Below, piece after piece: positions 47,245 to 58,470 of a stretch of DNA of 64,000 nt (position 1 is its first letter; the number at the start of each line of letters is the position of its first letter). The notes below the pieces were generated by a model. The model saw only the letters and a list, made by a program, of their open reading frames with translations. It was not told the origin of the DNA and made no database searches. Made by a program: the position numbers and the translations under genes. Source of the stretch: a bacterium (GTDB lineage: Bacteria > UBA8248); the NCBI GenBank assembly GCA_965200245.1, contig CBDATS010000005.1:576001-640000 (forward strand). The letters run 5' to 3'.

Positions 47245-48489
47245 TTATGCTTCCTCCCGGCGCACTTCGTATCCTTCCTGCAACAATATCTGTATCAGAT
47301 TTTCGAGATGCTCCCGCCCGCGAACCTCCATATGAAGAGTCGAGAGTGTATGGTTGATGGGCACTTCGGTCGAAAGCCTGTCATGTTCGATGTGGATGAT
47401 GTTCACCCGGCAATCGGCCACAATTTTGGAAAGTCGCATCAACGCGCCGGGCACGTCGTGCAGCGGTACCTGTATCCGTGCGTAGCGGTTCGCGAGTGCC
47501 AGCCCCTTGCCGATGATGCGCGAGAGCAAGTTGACGTCGAGGTTCCCGCCACTGATCAGGGCAACCACCTTGCCGCTTACCCTGGTTTTCCTCTCGATGA
47601 GCGCCGCCAAGGAAGAAGCCCCCGCCGCCTCGCTCAGCATCCGTTCACGTTCCAGCAGCCCCAAGATGGCATTGGCCATCGCATCGTCGGAGACCGAGAC
47701 CACCTGGTCCACCAGGTCCTGAATCAGCGGGAAACAAAGTTCTCCGTTTCGCTTGACGGCAATCCCATCCGCAATCGTCTGGACGGTTTTCGATTCGACG
47801 ATTCTACCTGCATCGAGCGAGCGAATGAGTGCAGCGGCCCCCTCGGCCACCACGCCAATCAAGCGCACGTCGGGCTTTCTGGTCTTCATCACCGCTGCGA
47901 GACCTGAGATGAGGCCACCGCCGCCTACTGGCACGAGGATGGTCCCCACATCGGGCACGTCTTCGAGTATCTCAATGCCGAGCGTACCCTGGCCCACAAT
48001 GACGTCGGGGTGATCGAAAGGTGGGATCATCGTCAATCCGCGATCTTCCTCGTAAGAGCGCGCACGCGCATAGGCGTCATCAAACGATGTGCCGAACAGT
48101 TCCGTCTCAGCACCCAAAGCGCGAACGGCGTCCAGCTTGGTGTTCGGAGTCGCTTCGGGCATCACGACGAGCGCCCTTACGCCCAACTGCTTGGCAGCGA
48201 AGGCCACACCTTGGGCGTGGTTTCCCGCGCTCGCAGTGACGACACCCCACTGAAGCTGTCCAAGTTCGAGTTTCTGCAGGGCATAGAGAGCACCGCGTAC
48301 CTTGAACGAGCCCGTGCGCTGGAAGTTTTCCGGCTTGAGATATATTTCAACACCCAATTGCTCGGAAAAATTCTCGCTGAGACGGGCGGGAGTCGGCCGC
48401 AAATACGGTGATATCGCTTCCGCCGCCCGAACTGTTTCGGAGGCAATAAGCGTTGGTTCCAACGCTTTTTGTGACACATGGGATTCCAT
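47245..48489 (-). CDS. ilvA: Threonine ammonia-lyase with C-terminal ACT domain
   Basis: TGSFKVRG, SAGNHAQG, GGGGL, SGGN, ACT domain DVPG; start approximate. Confidence 0.92.
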   Translation of the reverse strand: MESHVSQKALEPTLIASETVRAAEAISPYLRPTPARLSENFSEQLGVEIYLKPENFQRTGSFKVRGALYALQKLELGQLQWGVVTASAGNHAQGVAFAAKQLGVRALVVMPEATPNTKLDAVRALGAETELFGTSFDDAYARARSYEEDRGLTMIPPFDHPDVIVGQGTLGIEILEDVPDVGTILVPVGGGGLISGLAAVMKTRKPDVRLIGVVAEGAAALIRSLDAGRIVESKTVQTIADGIAVKRNGELCFPLIQDLVDQVVSVSDDAMANAILGLLERERMLSEAAGASSLAALIERKTRVSGKVVALISGGNLDVNLLSRIIGKGLALANRYARIQVPLHDVPGALMRLSKIVADCRVNIIHIEHDRLSTEVPINHTLSTLHMEVRGREHLENLIQILLQEGYEVRREEA

Positions 48490-48638
48490 TCGTCCGTGTT
48501 TTCCTTTGTCCTGTGCGAGCGAAAAAGCGCTCTTATCACCCCGGCACCCACCCGTCTTCAAACGGCCAGCCTTTATTCAAGCATCGGGAGACGCGAAGCA
48601 GGTGTTGCCTCGGCATGCAACGCACGCCTGAACATATT

Positions 48639-49004
<366 letters not shown>

Positions 49005-49079
49005 AGATGTTTCATTTGCCAGCACCACTGTCTGCACTATTGTCGATCAGTAAGCAATGAGGTGCTCGCTTACCTTTTA

Positions 49080-49493
49080 TCAACTCTCTGCACCTTGGAT
49101 GGCGCGATTGGCGGCGGAGTCGGCAGCCATGTTTTCACCTCGGGGCACGTGGCGTACATCGACGGACGTGAATTTCCTGGCCGTCTCTTTCGCCTGTTGA
49201 TACAAGGACTTGAGAGACGCGTTCTTGACTCGATACTCACCGCTCCACTGTCGCGCCATGAGTTCGGAATCCGTCACAATTTCCACGCTTGATGCATTGA
49301 GCATCGCCGCGCGCTCAAGACCCAACAAAAAAGCCTGGTATTCGGCCGCGTTGTTCGTCGCTATTCCGAGAAATTTCGTTTCCTCGGCCACGAAATTGCC
49401 CGCATCGTCATACAAAAGCGCGGCAGCACCCGCAGGGCCGGGATTGCCCCGTGCGGCGCCGTCCGTATAAATCCGCAGGTGTCCTCCCATCAT
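49080..49493 (-). CDS. rnhA: Ribonuclease HI family protein
   Basis: YTDGAARGNPGPAG, TNNAAEY, DSEL, HVPR..N..AD. Confidence 0.93.
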   Translation of the reverse strand: MMGGHLRIYTDGAARGNPGPAGAAALLYDDAGNFVAEETKFLGIATNNAAEYQAFLLGLERAAMLNASSVEIVTDSELMARQWSGEYRVKNASLKSLYQQAKETARKFTSVDVRHVPRGENMAADSAANRAIQGAES

Positions 49494-50242
49494 TCGGCGT
49501 CCACCGCAGGCAAACTCAACTCCACGCTCTCGCCCTCCTCATGGTAGTAGAGGATGCGCTTGCAATTCGAACACGTGTATATCTTGTCCTCTGAGTCCCG
49601 TATTTCCAAAAAGCGCTTGATGGTCTCCGCCATGCGGCAGCCCTGGCAGGTGCGATTGACGACGGCGCAAACGGCCAAACCTTTGCGTGATTTCCTCAAG
49701 TTGCGGTAGCGTTCCATCCACTCCCGGCTTATGTCGCTTGCAAGCGCTTTCGACTTTTCGAGGAGTGCGTTTAACTCACGCTCGAATTCCGCGAGACGAT
49801 TTTCATATTTCTTGACCTCTCCTCCCACCTTGCCCCGGGCTAAATCCAACTCGCCACGTGCGTCCGCAAGCTTTTCCTCGTGCGCTGGCATGCTCTCCAT
49901 AATACCAAGGACGATATCCTCTAGTGCGCTGATGCGTTCTTGATACCCCACGATCTCCGCTCCCAGTGCGCGGTATTCCTCATTCGTCTTGACGAGTGTC
50001 TGCTTGCCACGCGTGTCCCTAAGCTTCTGATCAAAGGACTGAATTTCACCCTCCGACTCGCGCAATTTCTTCCTGGCGGCTTCGACTTCCCTCTCGATTT
50101 CCTCTACTGAGGACTCAAAGCTCGTCATGTAGCACTTTTCCTTTTCGATGGAGGCGGGAATCTTGGCAATCGTATCGCGGCATCTATCTAGCTGGACGTC
50201 AATCGCCTGAAGCTCCATCAAGGCCGTCAGTTCCGGGTGCAC
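49490..50242 (-). CDS. Coiled-coil protein with C-terminal C4 zinc ribbon (DUF164-like)
   Basis: LQAID...long coiled coil...CQGC...CSNCKRIL. Confidence 0.88.
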   Translation of the reverse strand: MHPELTALMELQAIDVQLDRCRDTIAKIPASIEKEKCYMTSFESSVEEIEREVEAARKKLRESEGEIQSFDQKLRDTRGKQTLVKTNEEYRALGAEIVGYQERISALEDIVLGIMESMPAHEEKLADARGELDLARGKVGGEVKKYENRLAEFERELNALLEKSKALASDISREWMERYRNLRKSRKGLAVCAVVNRTCQGCRMAETIKRFLEIRDSEDKIYTCSNCKRILYYHEEGESVELSLPAVDAE

Positions 50243-50287
50243 TGCGCCGTACTCCTCGCATCGTCAGGTTATTGAGCAGAATTCGCG

Positions 50288-50362
50288 TGGTGGGCCCACC
50301 TGGATTCGAACCAAGGACCAGCCGGTTATGAGCCGGCGGCTCTACCGCTGAGCTATGGGCCC
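50288..50362 (-). tRNA. tRNA with CAT anticodon, probably tRNA-Ile2 (lysidine-modified)
   Basis: Acceptor GGGCCCA/TGGGCCC, anticodon arm GCCGG-CT CAT AA-CCGGC, encoded CCA. No initiator features; location after rpoD is typical of Ile2. Confidence 0.9.
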
Positions 50363-50488
50363 CGATAGCAACGCGACAGCCAAGAGGTATCCACCGGGAA
50401 AGCAGCGCTTCCTCCACTTCGGGTACCGCCTGTTCGCTGTGCATATATGACCCCGCGCGCACAATGTCAATCGCGCTAGGTTTCCGAC

Positions 50489-52279
50489 TCAGGCTTCCTC
50501 TTCGATAAAGCTCTTGAGCTTCTTGCTCCGCGAGGGATGGCGGAGTTTCCTGAGTGCCTTCGCTTCGATCTGGCGGATGCGCTCGCGTGTCACGTCGAAA
50601 TCCTGACCCACTTCCTCAAGCGTGTGCTCGTTCTCCGCGCCGATACCGAAGCGCTTGCGCAACACCTTCTCCTCACGCGGGCTCAAGGTCTGGAGCACCT
50701 TCTGGGTCTGTTCCTTGAGGTTGATCTTGATGACGGAATCCTGCGGCACTTCGGCCTTCTTGTCCTCAATGAAGTCGCCCAGTTGGCTATCCTCCTCCTC
50801 GCCGATGGGCGTCTCAAGACTGATAGGTTCCTTGGCAATCTTGAGTACCTTGCGTACCTTGTCAACTGGCATGTCCATCTTCTTGGCGATCTCCTCGGGC
50901 AGCGGTTCGCGCCCGAGTTCCTGGATAAGCTGCCGCGAGGTTCGGATGAGCTTGTTGATGGTCTCGATCATGTGCACGGGAATGCGGATCGTCCGCGCTT
51001 GGTCAGCAATCGCCCGGGTGATGGCTTGGCGAATCCACCAAGTGGCGTAGGTGCTGAACTTGTAGCCGCGCTTGTATTCGAACTTGTCCACCGCCTTCAT
51101 CAAACCGATGTTGCCCTCTTGGATCAGGTCCAAGAACTGGAGCCCCCGGTTCGTGTATTTTTTGGCGATGCTCACGACGAGGCGCAGATTCGCCTCGGCG
51201 AGTTCTTTTTTCGCTTGGCGATCTTTGCGGCGGCCGCGGCGAATCATCTTCAGGGAGTTCTGAAGGTCCTCAAGCGAGGCGCCCGCCTCTTTTTCTGTCG
51301 TGCGGATCTTGCGGCGCACGTTTTTGATGCGGCGATCGTATTCGACGAGAATACTGACGGGGATACGCTTCTCCCCGACCGTGCGGATCGCCGGACCACC
51401 GTTCTTGCCCTTGGACTTCGTAACCTCGCGGATCACGGCGCGCAGCTCAGATTCCTCCATTTCCACTTGGCGCAGATATCCCCCGATCTCTTCTTGATAC
51501 TTGCGCATCGTCTCCACATAGGACTTCACGCGCTCAGCGATGCTGTCAACGCGCTCGGGTCGCAGGTTCATTTCACGGATGCAGGTCGCCACCCTGTCAT
51601 GCGCTCTCTGCACTATGACGGGCTTGTCCTTTTCCGCTTTTTTCTTGTTTAGGTTGCGGAGCTGCGTTTTCAACCTAGTCACGAGCTTGAGTATGCGTCG
51701 CTTGTCTTCTTCGTAGGTGGGCTTTTCCCTCTCTTCATCGTCTGAGGCCGCCTCGTTGGTGACGACGACGAGTTCGGTCACGCCGATCTCGCCTTTCTTG
51801 AGCTCCTCCGCTAATTCCAAAACGGCGTCGATCGCCACCTGTGTGCTCACCGTAGCCTGGCAAACTTCGAGTTGCCCCTCCTCAATCCTCTTAGCGATGG
51901 CGATTTCGCCCTCCCGGCTCAGCAGGGGAATCTGCCCCATCTCGCGCAGGTACATACGCATGGGGTCGTCGGTTTTTCCGTAGGTGGAATCATCGAAGGA
52001 ACTGATCGTCTCTGTGCTCTCCTTCTCCTGGCTAACCGACTCGCTTTTCTTCTTGGCAGCGCGCTTCTCCGCCGACTCGCTGTCAAGAATCTCGATGTCC
52101 ATGTCGCTGAAGAGCACCATGATGTCGTCAATGACCTCGGGCGAGGTTACATCGGGCGGTAAAACGTCGTTCACCTCTTCATAGGTGAGGAAGCCCTTCT
52201 CCTTCCCAAGATCGATAAGGTTCTTGACGTCATCCACCTGGTTCGCTTTTTTCGTCTGCGTCGCTTGCGCCAATGTCAC
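50489..52279 (-). CDS. rpoD: RNA polymerase primary sigma factor
   Basis: Region 1.1, [41 protein letters not shown]. Confidence 0.98.
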   Translation of the reverse strand: MTLAQATQTKKANQVDDVKNLIDLGKEKGFLTYEEVNDVLPPDVTSPEVIDDIMVLFSDMDIEILDSESAEKRAAKKKSESVSQEKESTETISSFDDSTYGKTDDPMRMYLREMGQIPLLSREGEIAIAKRIEEGQLEVCQATVSTQVAIDAVLELAEELKKGEIGVTELVVVTNEAASDDEEREKPTYEEDKRRILKLVTRLKTQLRNLNKKKAEKDKPVIVQRAHDRVATCIREMNLRPERVDSIAERVKSYVETMRKYQEEIGGYLRQVEMEESELRAVIREVTKSKGKNGGPAIRTVGEKRIPVSILVEYDRRIKNVRRKIRTTEKEAGASLEDLQNSLKMIRRGRRKDRQAKKELAEANLRLVVSIAKKYTNRGLQFLDLIQEGNIGLMKAVDKFEYKRGYKFSTYATWWIRQAITRAIADQARTIRIPVHMIETINKLIRTSRQLIQELGREPLPEEIAKKMDMPVDKVRKVLKIAKEPISLETPIGEEEDSQLGDFIEDKKAEVPQDSVIKINLKEQTQKVLQTLSPREEKVLRKRFGIGAENEHTLEEVGQDFDVTRERIRQIEAKALRKLRHPSRSKKLKSFIEEEA

Positions 52280-52347
52280 CCTCCTTATATCCGGCCAGGC
52301 AATCCGGCCACTACGAACCCATGAAAGTCAAAGTTTCCCGAAACGCT

Positions 52348-54231
52348 TCAACGTGGAGAGGCCATTCGCTGCCTCTCGCGCAGAAGCGCGTTTTTCCGCT
52401 CCAGCAAATTCCACACGTTGGGGGAATCCTCCCCCTCCTCCTTACGTGTCTGTTCGATACACTTGAGTATATCTTGTTCCGCCTTTCGGCGGCGGCGTTC
52501 CTTGAGCTTCTCAATGCAGTCGAAAAGTTCCGCCTCCACCTCATCGGGCTCCGCCTCAACGACGGCCAACTCGACCACCAAGGAGCGCGCGGCAGGGCTC
52601 TTCAGCCTATCCGCGATGTAAGCCGCCGTGAGCGAGGTAACATCCTGCGATTTCATAAAAGAGAGAACCTCGCCGATCGCCTCGTCGGTTATCAGACCGC
52701 CCGGTACTTCGGATGCCAATTCCGGCTTGATGAGCAGAAGCTGGAGGACGTCCACCTCTACTTTTGGGCGTCTAAGGTTCTCCCCGAGCAGATTGACCTG
52801 TTTTTCTCTTGTGGGTGTTCTTTCCCGGGCATTTTCCGCCAGCAATCTCTTCACCATGGCCGTCAGCGTAGGATACGGAATCCCGAGTTGATCCTCCAGC
52901 AAGGCCAAATATTGGTCCTGAACGCTGCGGTGGCAAGTCCCGAGTATGGGCAAGAGCCGCTGGACAGCCTCGATTTTCTCGGCTTGGCTTGCGCCTGCAG
53001 AGATTCCGGCCATCGCTCTCTGGACGGTGTTTTCCAGAATGCCTTGCGCTTTGGCGAGTAGATGCGCGAAGTCCTTCGCTCCGTTTTTACCCAAAAACGT
53101 GTCGATGTCGCGCCCCTCGGGCAGGTTCACCACCTTGAGACGCAAGGCTCCCGCCCCGCCGCGGTCAATAAAATTCTTGCGCAGCACGTCGCTCGCCACA
53201 AGCAGATCGGGAGCACCCGCAAGGCCAAGCATCCGTCCCGCTACCGATCCCGCGCGCTCTGAGGCCGCGAGTCCCGCCGCATCGGAATCGAAGACGAACA
53301 CGAGTTCCTCGGCGTGCGCGCGGAGACTCCTGATGTGTTCGGCGGTCAACGCTGTACCCAGCGGCGCCACGACCTCCCTGAAGCCGTGCTGCCAAAGCGA
53401 TACGACGTCGAAATAGCCTTCCGTCACCAAGGCGCGCTTTTTCTCGCGAATCGCCTCCCTGCACTCGTAAAAGCCATAGAGCGTCCTGCCTTTCTTAAAG
53501 AGTGCGGTATCCGGCGAATTCACATATTTCGCCGTGGCGTGGCGCGAGTCGCTGTCAGGCAGCGAACGCCCACCAAAGCCCACTACCTCGTCCTCGTGGT
53601 TGCGGATAGGGAACATGATACGGTCCCGGAAGCGATCATAATAGCCACTACCATCCTCGCGCCGCACCGCGAGTCCCGCTTCTGCGAGGTCGCCAGGATA
53701 CACCCCTCTCTCACCTGCGGCGTTGATGAGGGCGTCCCAGCGCGGAGGTGCAAACCCGATTCGAAACCTCTCGACGGCTTCACCCGAAACGCCACGCTCA
53801 TCCAGATACCGGCGGCCCCTCTCGCCGGAGTTGCTCCTGAGCGTAGCTTGGAAAAAATCGGTCGCCAGGCGATTTGCGGCCCGAATCTTCCCGCGCATGT
53901 CGGGCTTTTGCGAACTTCGACCGGAGGGTTCCTCATAACGGGATATGTCGATCCCCTGGCGCTTTGCCAAGCGCGAGAGCGCCTCGGGGAAAGTCATGCC
54001 CTCGTGCTGCATGAGAAACTGAAAAACGTTGCCCCCCGCCCCGCAGCCGAAGCATTTGTAGATGCCCATGCGCGGGTTCACGTTGAAAGAAGGCGTTTTC
54101 TCATCATGGAACGGGCAAAGCCCCTTGTAGTTTGTTCCCGCCTTCTTGAGGTGCACGAACTCGCCGATGACGTCTTCTATCGGAGCACCATCTCTTATCT
54201 GATCGACAACTTCTTCAGGAATTCTTCCCAT
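52348..54231 (-). CDS. dnaG: DNA primase
   Basis: CPFHDEKTPSF...CFGC, KYVNSP, EGYFDV, FDSDAAG. Confidence 0.97.
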   Translation of the reverse strand: MGRIPEEVVDQIRDGAPIEDVIGEFVHLKKAGTNYKGLCPFHDEKTPSFNVNPRMGIYKCFGCGAGGNVFQFLMQHEGMTFPEALSRLAKRQGIDISRYEEPSGRSSQKPDMRGKIRAANRLATDFFQATLRSNSGERGRRYLDERGVSGEAVERFRIGFAPPRWDALINAAGERGVYPGDLAEAGLAVRREDGSGYYDRFRDRIMFPIRNHEDEVVGFGGRSLPDSDSRHATAKYVNSPDTALFKKGRTLYGFYECREAIREKKRALVTEGYFDVVSLWQHGFREVVAPLGTALTAEHIRSLRAHAEELVFVFDSDAAGLAASERAGSVAGRMLGLAGAPDLLVASDVLRKNFIDRGGAGALRLKVVNLPEGRDIDTFLGKNGAKDFAHLLAKAQGILENTVQRAMAGISAGASQAEKIEAVQRLLPILGTCHRSVQDQYLALLEDQLGIPYPTLTAMVKRLLAENARERTPTREKQVNLLGENLRRPKVEVDVLQLLLIKPELASEVPGGLITDEAIGEVLSFMKSQDVTSLTAAYIADRLKSPAARSLVVELAVVEAEPDEVEAELFDCIEKLKERRRRKAEQDILKCIEQTRKEEGEDSPNVWNLLERKNALLRERQRMASPR

Positions 54232-54261
54232 TCCACCACCCTCATCCCGAAAAACAGAAAA

Positions 54262-56613
54262 TCAGCGCAGGGCCAACTCTACATTCGTAACACCCCAGCC
54301 ACCTTCTTCGGGCCGGGCAGGACCGAACTTCGACACCAAAGCGTGTTCCTTCAGACGCTCGGAGATGACCTTGGAGAGCACTCCCTCTCCCTTTCCGTGA
54401 ACGATGCGAACCGATGCAATGCCCACAAGCGCTGCGTCGTCGAGATATTTGTCCACCATCTCGATGGCACGCTCGGCGCGCACGCCGCGCACTTGAAGCT
54501 CGGGTGAGAAATCGTCTCCCCTCGATAAAACATCGTGCGTTACTGTACTTCTCTGGGCGGGCGCGACCGGCGTGTCGACAACTTCGACAACACTGCAGGA
54601 TAACCGCAGGGATTTACCGTTCACTGATACAGTCAGTTCATCCTCCCCGTGCAGGGCGGATACCTCGCCCGTACAGTTCATGAGCGGGATGCGCACCCTT
54701 TCTCCCACGCGGAGCGAAACCGGTCCGCATGCCACCGCCATTTCCTTTTTCACGGGAAGCGCTTCTTCAATCCGGGCACTCATCTCGCGTATGCGCTCGC
54801 GCGCGATTCGCTTGGCTTTCTCCATTTCGATGGACTCACGCATCTCGCTCAGGAGTTCATCCGCCCCACGCCTCAAATCTTTGAGGAAACGGGCCGCCTC
54901 GTCGCTTCTTTCGCGCGCCTCCTCATTCACTTGGCGCGCGATTTCCGTCTCACGCGTTTCGAGCCGCGCCTGCCGGATAGACAGTTCGGTTTCTTTTTCT
55001 TCTATCTCGCGCTGGCGGTCGGAGAGACTCGCCATGAGGCGATCCACCTGGACGGGACCTTTCAGAAGAAGTGTTCCGGCGCGCGCCAGCACGGACTTGG
55101 GCAAGCCCATCTTCTCTGCCACCGACATGGCATTGCTCGGACCGGCCGTCCCCATGCGTATCCGATAGGTGGGTGAAAGATCCTCTACATCAAACTCCAC
55201 CGATGCGTTCTCGGCGTGCGCTGCCTGATAGGCATAATGCTTGAGCGCGTCGTGGTGCGTCGTCACGATGCAAAGCGCACCGCTCGCCGCCAGATGCTCA
55301 AGTACAGAGACGCCGATGGCCGAACCTTCTGCTGGATCGGTACCGGATCCAAGTTCGTCAAGGAGCACAAGCACACCCTCTCCCGCTTCGCGAACGGCAC
55401 CCGAGACGCGGGCCATGTGGCCCGAAAAGGTGCTCAGGTTCTGTTGAATATCCTGCTCATCGCCGATGTCAGCGACGAGCGTCCTGACGATGGGCAGCGC
55501 GCTCTCGGGCGCAGCCGGTATGGGGACACCGCACTGGTGAAGCGCCACGCAAAGGCCCACAGTCTTGAGCGCTACCGTCTTGCCGCCCGTGTTGGGTCCC
55601 GTGATGAGGAGTTGGCGAACGCCCTCCCTCCCGACTTGCAGATCGATGGGCACCGCCTGTTCTTTCGGGACTGCGCCGACTCCCGCCGTGAGCAGCGGAT
55701 GGCGCGCGGCTTTCAGTCGAATGCTGCCGTCCACGCTCGCCTGAGCACGTGCGCCGCGCCAATCGACTCCCAAGCGTGCCTTCGCCCAGATGAGATCGAA
55801 CGTCGCCAGAAACTCAACCAGACAGGCAATAGACTCGCGCGCCACCATGACCTCCGCAGTCAATTCGCGCAGGATTCTATCCACCTCCACTCGCTCGGCT
55901 TCGCGCTCCTCGGCGATGGCGTTGTTCAGGAGCACCGCCGAGAGAGGCTCGACGAACAGCGTCTCTCCACTCGAAGAGCGATCCTGTATCACGCCCTCGA
56001 ACGAGCGGCGGAAAACCGTTTTGGCGGGAATCAGATACCGCTCGCGTCGCTGAACAATCAAATTTTCCTGAATTGCATTCGGATGAGCAGCCATAACCCT
56101 ACCGAGCAAACGGCGTATCTCGGCCCTGAGCGCACGCTGTTTCACCCTTGATTCTTGAAGCTTGAAACTCGCATCGTCACGCACCTCGCCACGTTCATCG
56201 AGGATGCGCTTGATTCGCGCGGCCAAGGGATACTGCATATCCACGCCGTGAATGCGCATCCTCAGCTTGGGTGACCGTTCGGCGCATTCTTCCACGAAAC
56301 GGCGTACGTTGGAAGCGAGATTCAGCATTGAGAGAATCGAGAGGAATTTCTCACCTTCCAGGTTCCCGCCCCGACGTCTCACATCCTCAAGCCATGCTTC
56401 GGGGTTGTCGAATGCGGCCAGAGGTATGTACTCCCCTGCGCCTAAAAGCGCCATGGCTTCATCAGTCTCATCAAGCAGGGTATTAACCTCGCGAGACGAA
56501 GTGAGCGGAACGAGCGCTGCGCCTGAATTCGCACCGGGAACGGAGGCGCAGCGATCTTTCAGCAAATCCAAAACATTTTTGAATTCAATGCTTTGCAGTG
56601 TTCGACTATCCAT
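54262..56613 (-). CDS. mutS2: Endonuclease MutS2
   Basis: TGPNTGGKT, DIGDEQ, LSTFSGH, DELGSGTDP, C-terminal Smr domain HGKGEG. Confidence 0.95.
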   Translation of the reverse strand: MDSRTLQSIEFKNVLDLLKDRCASVPGANSGAALVPLTSSREVNTLLDETDEAMALLGAGEYIPLAAFDNPEAWLEDVRRRGGNLEGEKFLSILSMLNLASNVRRFVEECAERSPKLRMRIHGVDMQYPLAARIKRILDERGEVRDDASFKLQESRVKQRALRAEIRRLLGRVMAAHPNAIQENLIVQRRERYLIPAKTVFRRSFEGVIQDRSSSGETLFVEPLSAVLLNNAIAEEREAERVEVDRILRELTAEVMVARESIACLVEFLATFDLIWAKARLGVDWRGARAQASVDGSIRLKAARHPLLTAGVGAVPKEQAVPIDLQVGREGVRQLLITGPNTGGKTVALKTVGLCVALHQCGVPIPAAPESALPIVRTLVADIGDEQDIQQNLSTFSGHMARVSGAVREAGEGVLVLLDELGSGTDPAEGSAIGVSVLEHLAASGALCIVTTHHDALKHYAYQAAHAENASVEFDVEDLSPTYRIRMGTAGPSNAMSVAEKMGLPKSVLARAGTLLLKGPVQVDRLMASLSDRQREIEEKETELSIRQARLETRETEIARQVNEEARERSDEAARFLKDLRRGADELLSEMRESIEMEKAKRIARERIREMSARIEEALPVKKEMAVACGPVSLRVGERVRIPLMNCTGEVSALHGEDELTVSVNGKSLRLSCSVVEVVDTPVAPAQRSTVTHDVLSRGDDFSPELQVRGVRAERAIEMVDKYLDDAALVGIASVRIVHGKGEGVLSKVISERLKEHALVSKFGPARPEEGGWGVTNVELALR

Positions 56614-56934
56614 AGAGTATCGTCCACGGATAAATGATTCACAACAAAATCATGTGCTTCGTCCCGGCGTGGGGACTGGTCGCGTATTCCAAAAATCTCG
56701 CTTGAAAATCAGGCTGTCCTCGTCCAGCGTCCCCGTCTTGAAAATCCGCAGAAACGCCAGTGGGGCGAAGTATCGCTTAGAATCCTTATCGTCAGTCGTT
56801 CTTCCAGATGTGACTAAGACCGAGATGTCCAAACAAAATACGGGAGACTCCCTGCGTCATCCCACATCGTTTTGAGAATCAACCGTTAAAAAAACAAGCG
56901 ACGCAGAGCGCACACTAACCCGTTATTAAAAGGC

Positions 56935-56963
56935 AATATAGGAACCAAAACGAAAATTGTCAA
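56935..56963 (-). promoter_or_regulatory. Sigma70-type promoter upstream of mutS2-dnaG-rpoD
   Basis: TTGACA-17 bp-TATATT. Confidence 0.65.
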
Positions 56964-57028
56964 GCTTAGTGAAAGTAATAGAAATGTCCTGTCCACACAC
57001 CGAATCGCGTAACCAAGCTGCAAAAGCC

Positions 57029-57703
57029 CTATCTTTCAGATTCGGGTCTTCCACCGCGCCCGAATCGGCGAGCGAGCTCCGCAAAAACCCGCCCTGGAGG
57101 CACACCGCGCACGGCCATGCCCACCAAGGTGTGGAACCACAAGTCGGCCACCTCGTTCGCTACCGCGTCGGGGTCCTCTTCTTTCATCGCCATGACAACC
57201 TCGGCGGATTCCTCATCTATCTTCTCCAGCACCCGTTCCCCGCCCTTGGCAAACAGGCGCGCCACGTAGCTCGAATCCGTATCGCCCGCCTCTTTCCTCT
57301 CAAGAATGAGGCGATACACCGATTCGAGCAGGTTGTGATCGAAGTCAAAAACTGACTCGCCTTCTTCTCGTCCGGGCAACGGGATTTCCGTGAAAAAACA
57401 AGACATGCGGTTCGTGTGGCAGGCTAGCCTGTCGGGCCTTACGATGAACACCAGGGCATCGGAGTCACAATCGAGCCTCGCAGATACCAAGCGGAGATAG
57501 TCTCCTGAGGTCTCGCCCTTGTGCCAAAGTTGCCGCCGGGAGCGGGACCAGAAGTGGACAGTCCCCTTCTCCAGTGTGAGGCGCAACGATTCTTCGTTCA
57601 CCCAAGCCAAGGTCAGCACCTCACCCGTACCGGCGTCCTGACAAATGGCGGGGGCCAGACCCTGCTCGTTCCATTTGACCTCGGGGATTTCCACCTTGCT
57701 CAA
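57029..57703 (-). CDS. hisIE: Bifunctional PR-AMP cyclohydrolase / PR-ATP pyrophosphatase
   Basis: WSRSR, KGETSG, DCDSD, ACHT, SYVARL, EESAE, DLWFH. Confidence 0.96.
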   Translation of the reverse strand: MSKVEIPEVKWNEQGLAPAICQDAGTGEVLTLAWVNEESLRLTLEKGTVHFWSRSRRQLWHKGETSGDYLRLVSARLDCDSDALVFIVRPDRLACHTNRMSCFFTEIPLPGREEGESVFDFDHNLLESVYRLILERKEAGDTDSSYVARLFAKGGERVLEKIDEESAEVVMAMKEEDPDAVANEVADLWFHTLVGMAVRGVPPGRVFAELARRFGRGGRPESER

Positions 57704-58470
57704 AGCCTCACCTCCACGCCGCGTTCTCGCAGATAGACCTTCACCTCCTCAACCGAGTAATCGCCGAAATGGAATATTGAGGCAGCCAAAACGGCGTCGG
57801 CGCAACCTACTTCCACACCCTCGTAGAGATGCTCCAGATTTCCCACCCCGCCCGAGGCAATAACGGGAACGCCCACCCGCTCGGCTATCGTGCGCGTGAG
57901 GACCAGATCATAACCGTCCTTTGTACCATCCCTGTCCATACTGGTCAGGAGAATCTCGCCCGCGCCCAGCGCGCATGCCTCCTCCGCCCAAGTCACGGCG
58001 TCCTTGCCGGTGGGACGCGATCCGCCGTGTGTGAAAGCCTCCCACCGGGACGCGTCCGCATCGCCCGAGACGCGCTTGGCATCTATAGCACAGACGATGG
58101 TGGAGCTTCCGTAGCGCTCCGCCGATCGCTTGATGACGCCCGAATCCCTAAGCGCCGCGCTGTTGATACTCACCTTGTCTGCACCTGCTCTGAGCAGATC
58201 GCGCACATCTTCCTCTTCTCGCACGCCACCGCCCACAGTCAGGGGAACGAACACCCGCTCCGCCGTGCGGCGGACCATGTCAAGCAGGGTGCCGCGCTTT
58301 TCCTTCGAAGCCGTGATGTCGAGAAAGCAGATTTCATCCGCTCCCATCTCGTCGTAATGAGCAGCGCACTCCACGGGATCGCCTGCGTCGCGCAGACCCT
58401 CGAAATTCACACCCTTCACCACGCGGCCTTCCTTCACGTCGAGACAGGGGATGATTCGCTTCGCTAGCAA
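57700..58470 (-). CDS. hisF: Imidazole glycerol phosphate synthase cyclase subunit
   Basis: [35 protein letters not shown]. Confidence 0.98.
   Translation of the reverse strand: MLAKRIIPCLDVKEGRVVKGVNFEGLRDAGDPVECAAHYDEMGADEICFLDITASKEKRGTLLDMVRRTAERVFVPLTVGGGVREEEDVRDLLRAGADKVSINSAALRDSGVIKRSAERYGSSTIVCAIDAKRVSGDADASRWEAFTHGGSRPTGKDAVTWAEEACALGAGEILLTSMDRDGTKDGYDLVLTRTIAERVGVPVIASGGVGNLEHLYEGVEVGCADAVLAASIFHFGDYSVEEVKVYLRERGVEVRL

Noticed and set aside
50288-50362. tRNA-fMet call from the CAT anticodon
   Set aside because: Paired first base and no GGG/CCC anticodon stem exclude an initiator; context favours Ile2, though elongator Met is not fully excluded.
50537-54507. Long plus-strand ORFs antisense to rpoD and dnaG (similar cases over ftsZ, murF, mutS2 and E1)
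   Set aside because: Typical antisense shadow ORFs of GC-rich coding DNA, with no motifs.
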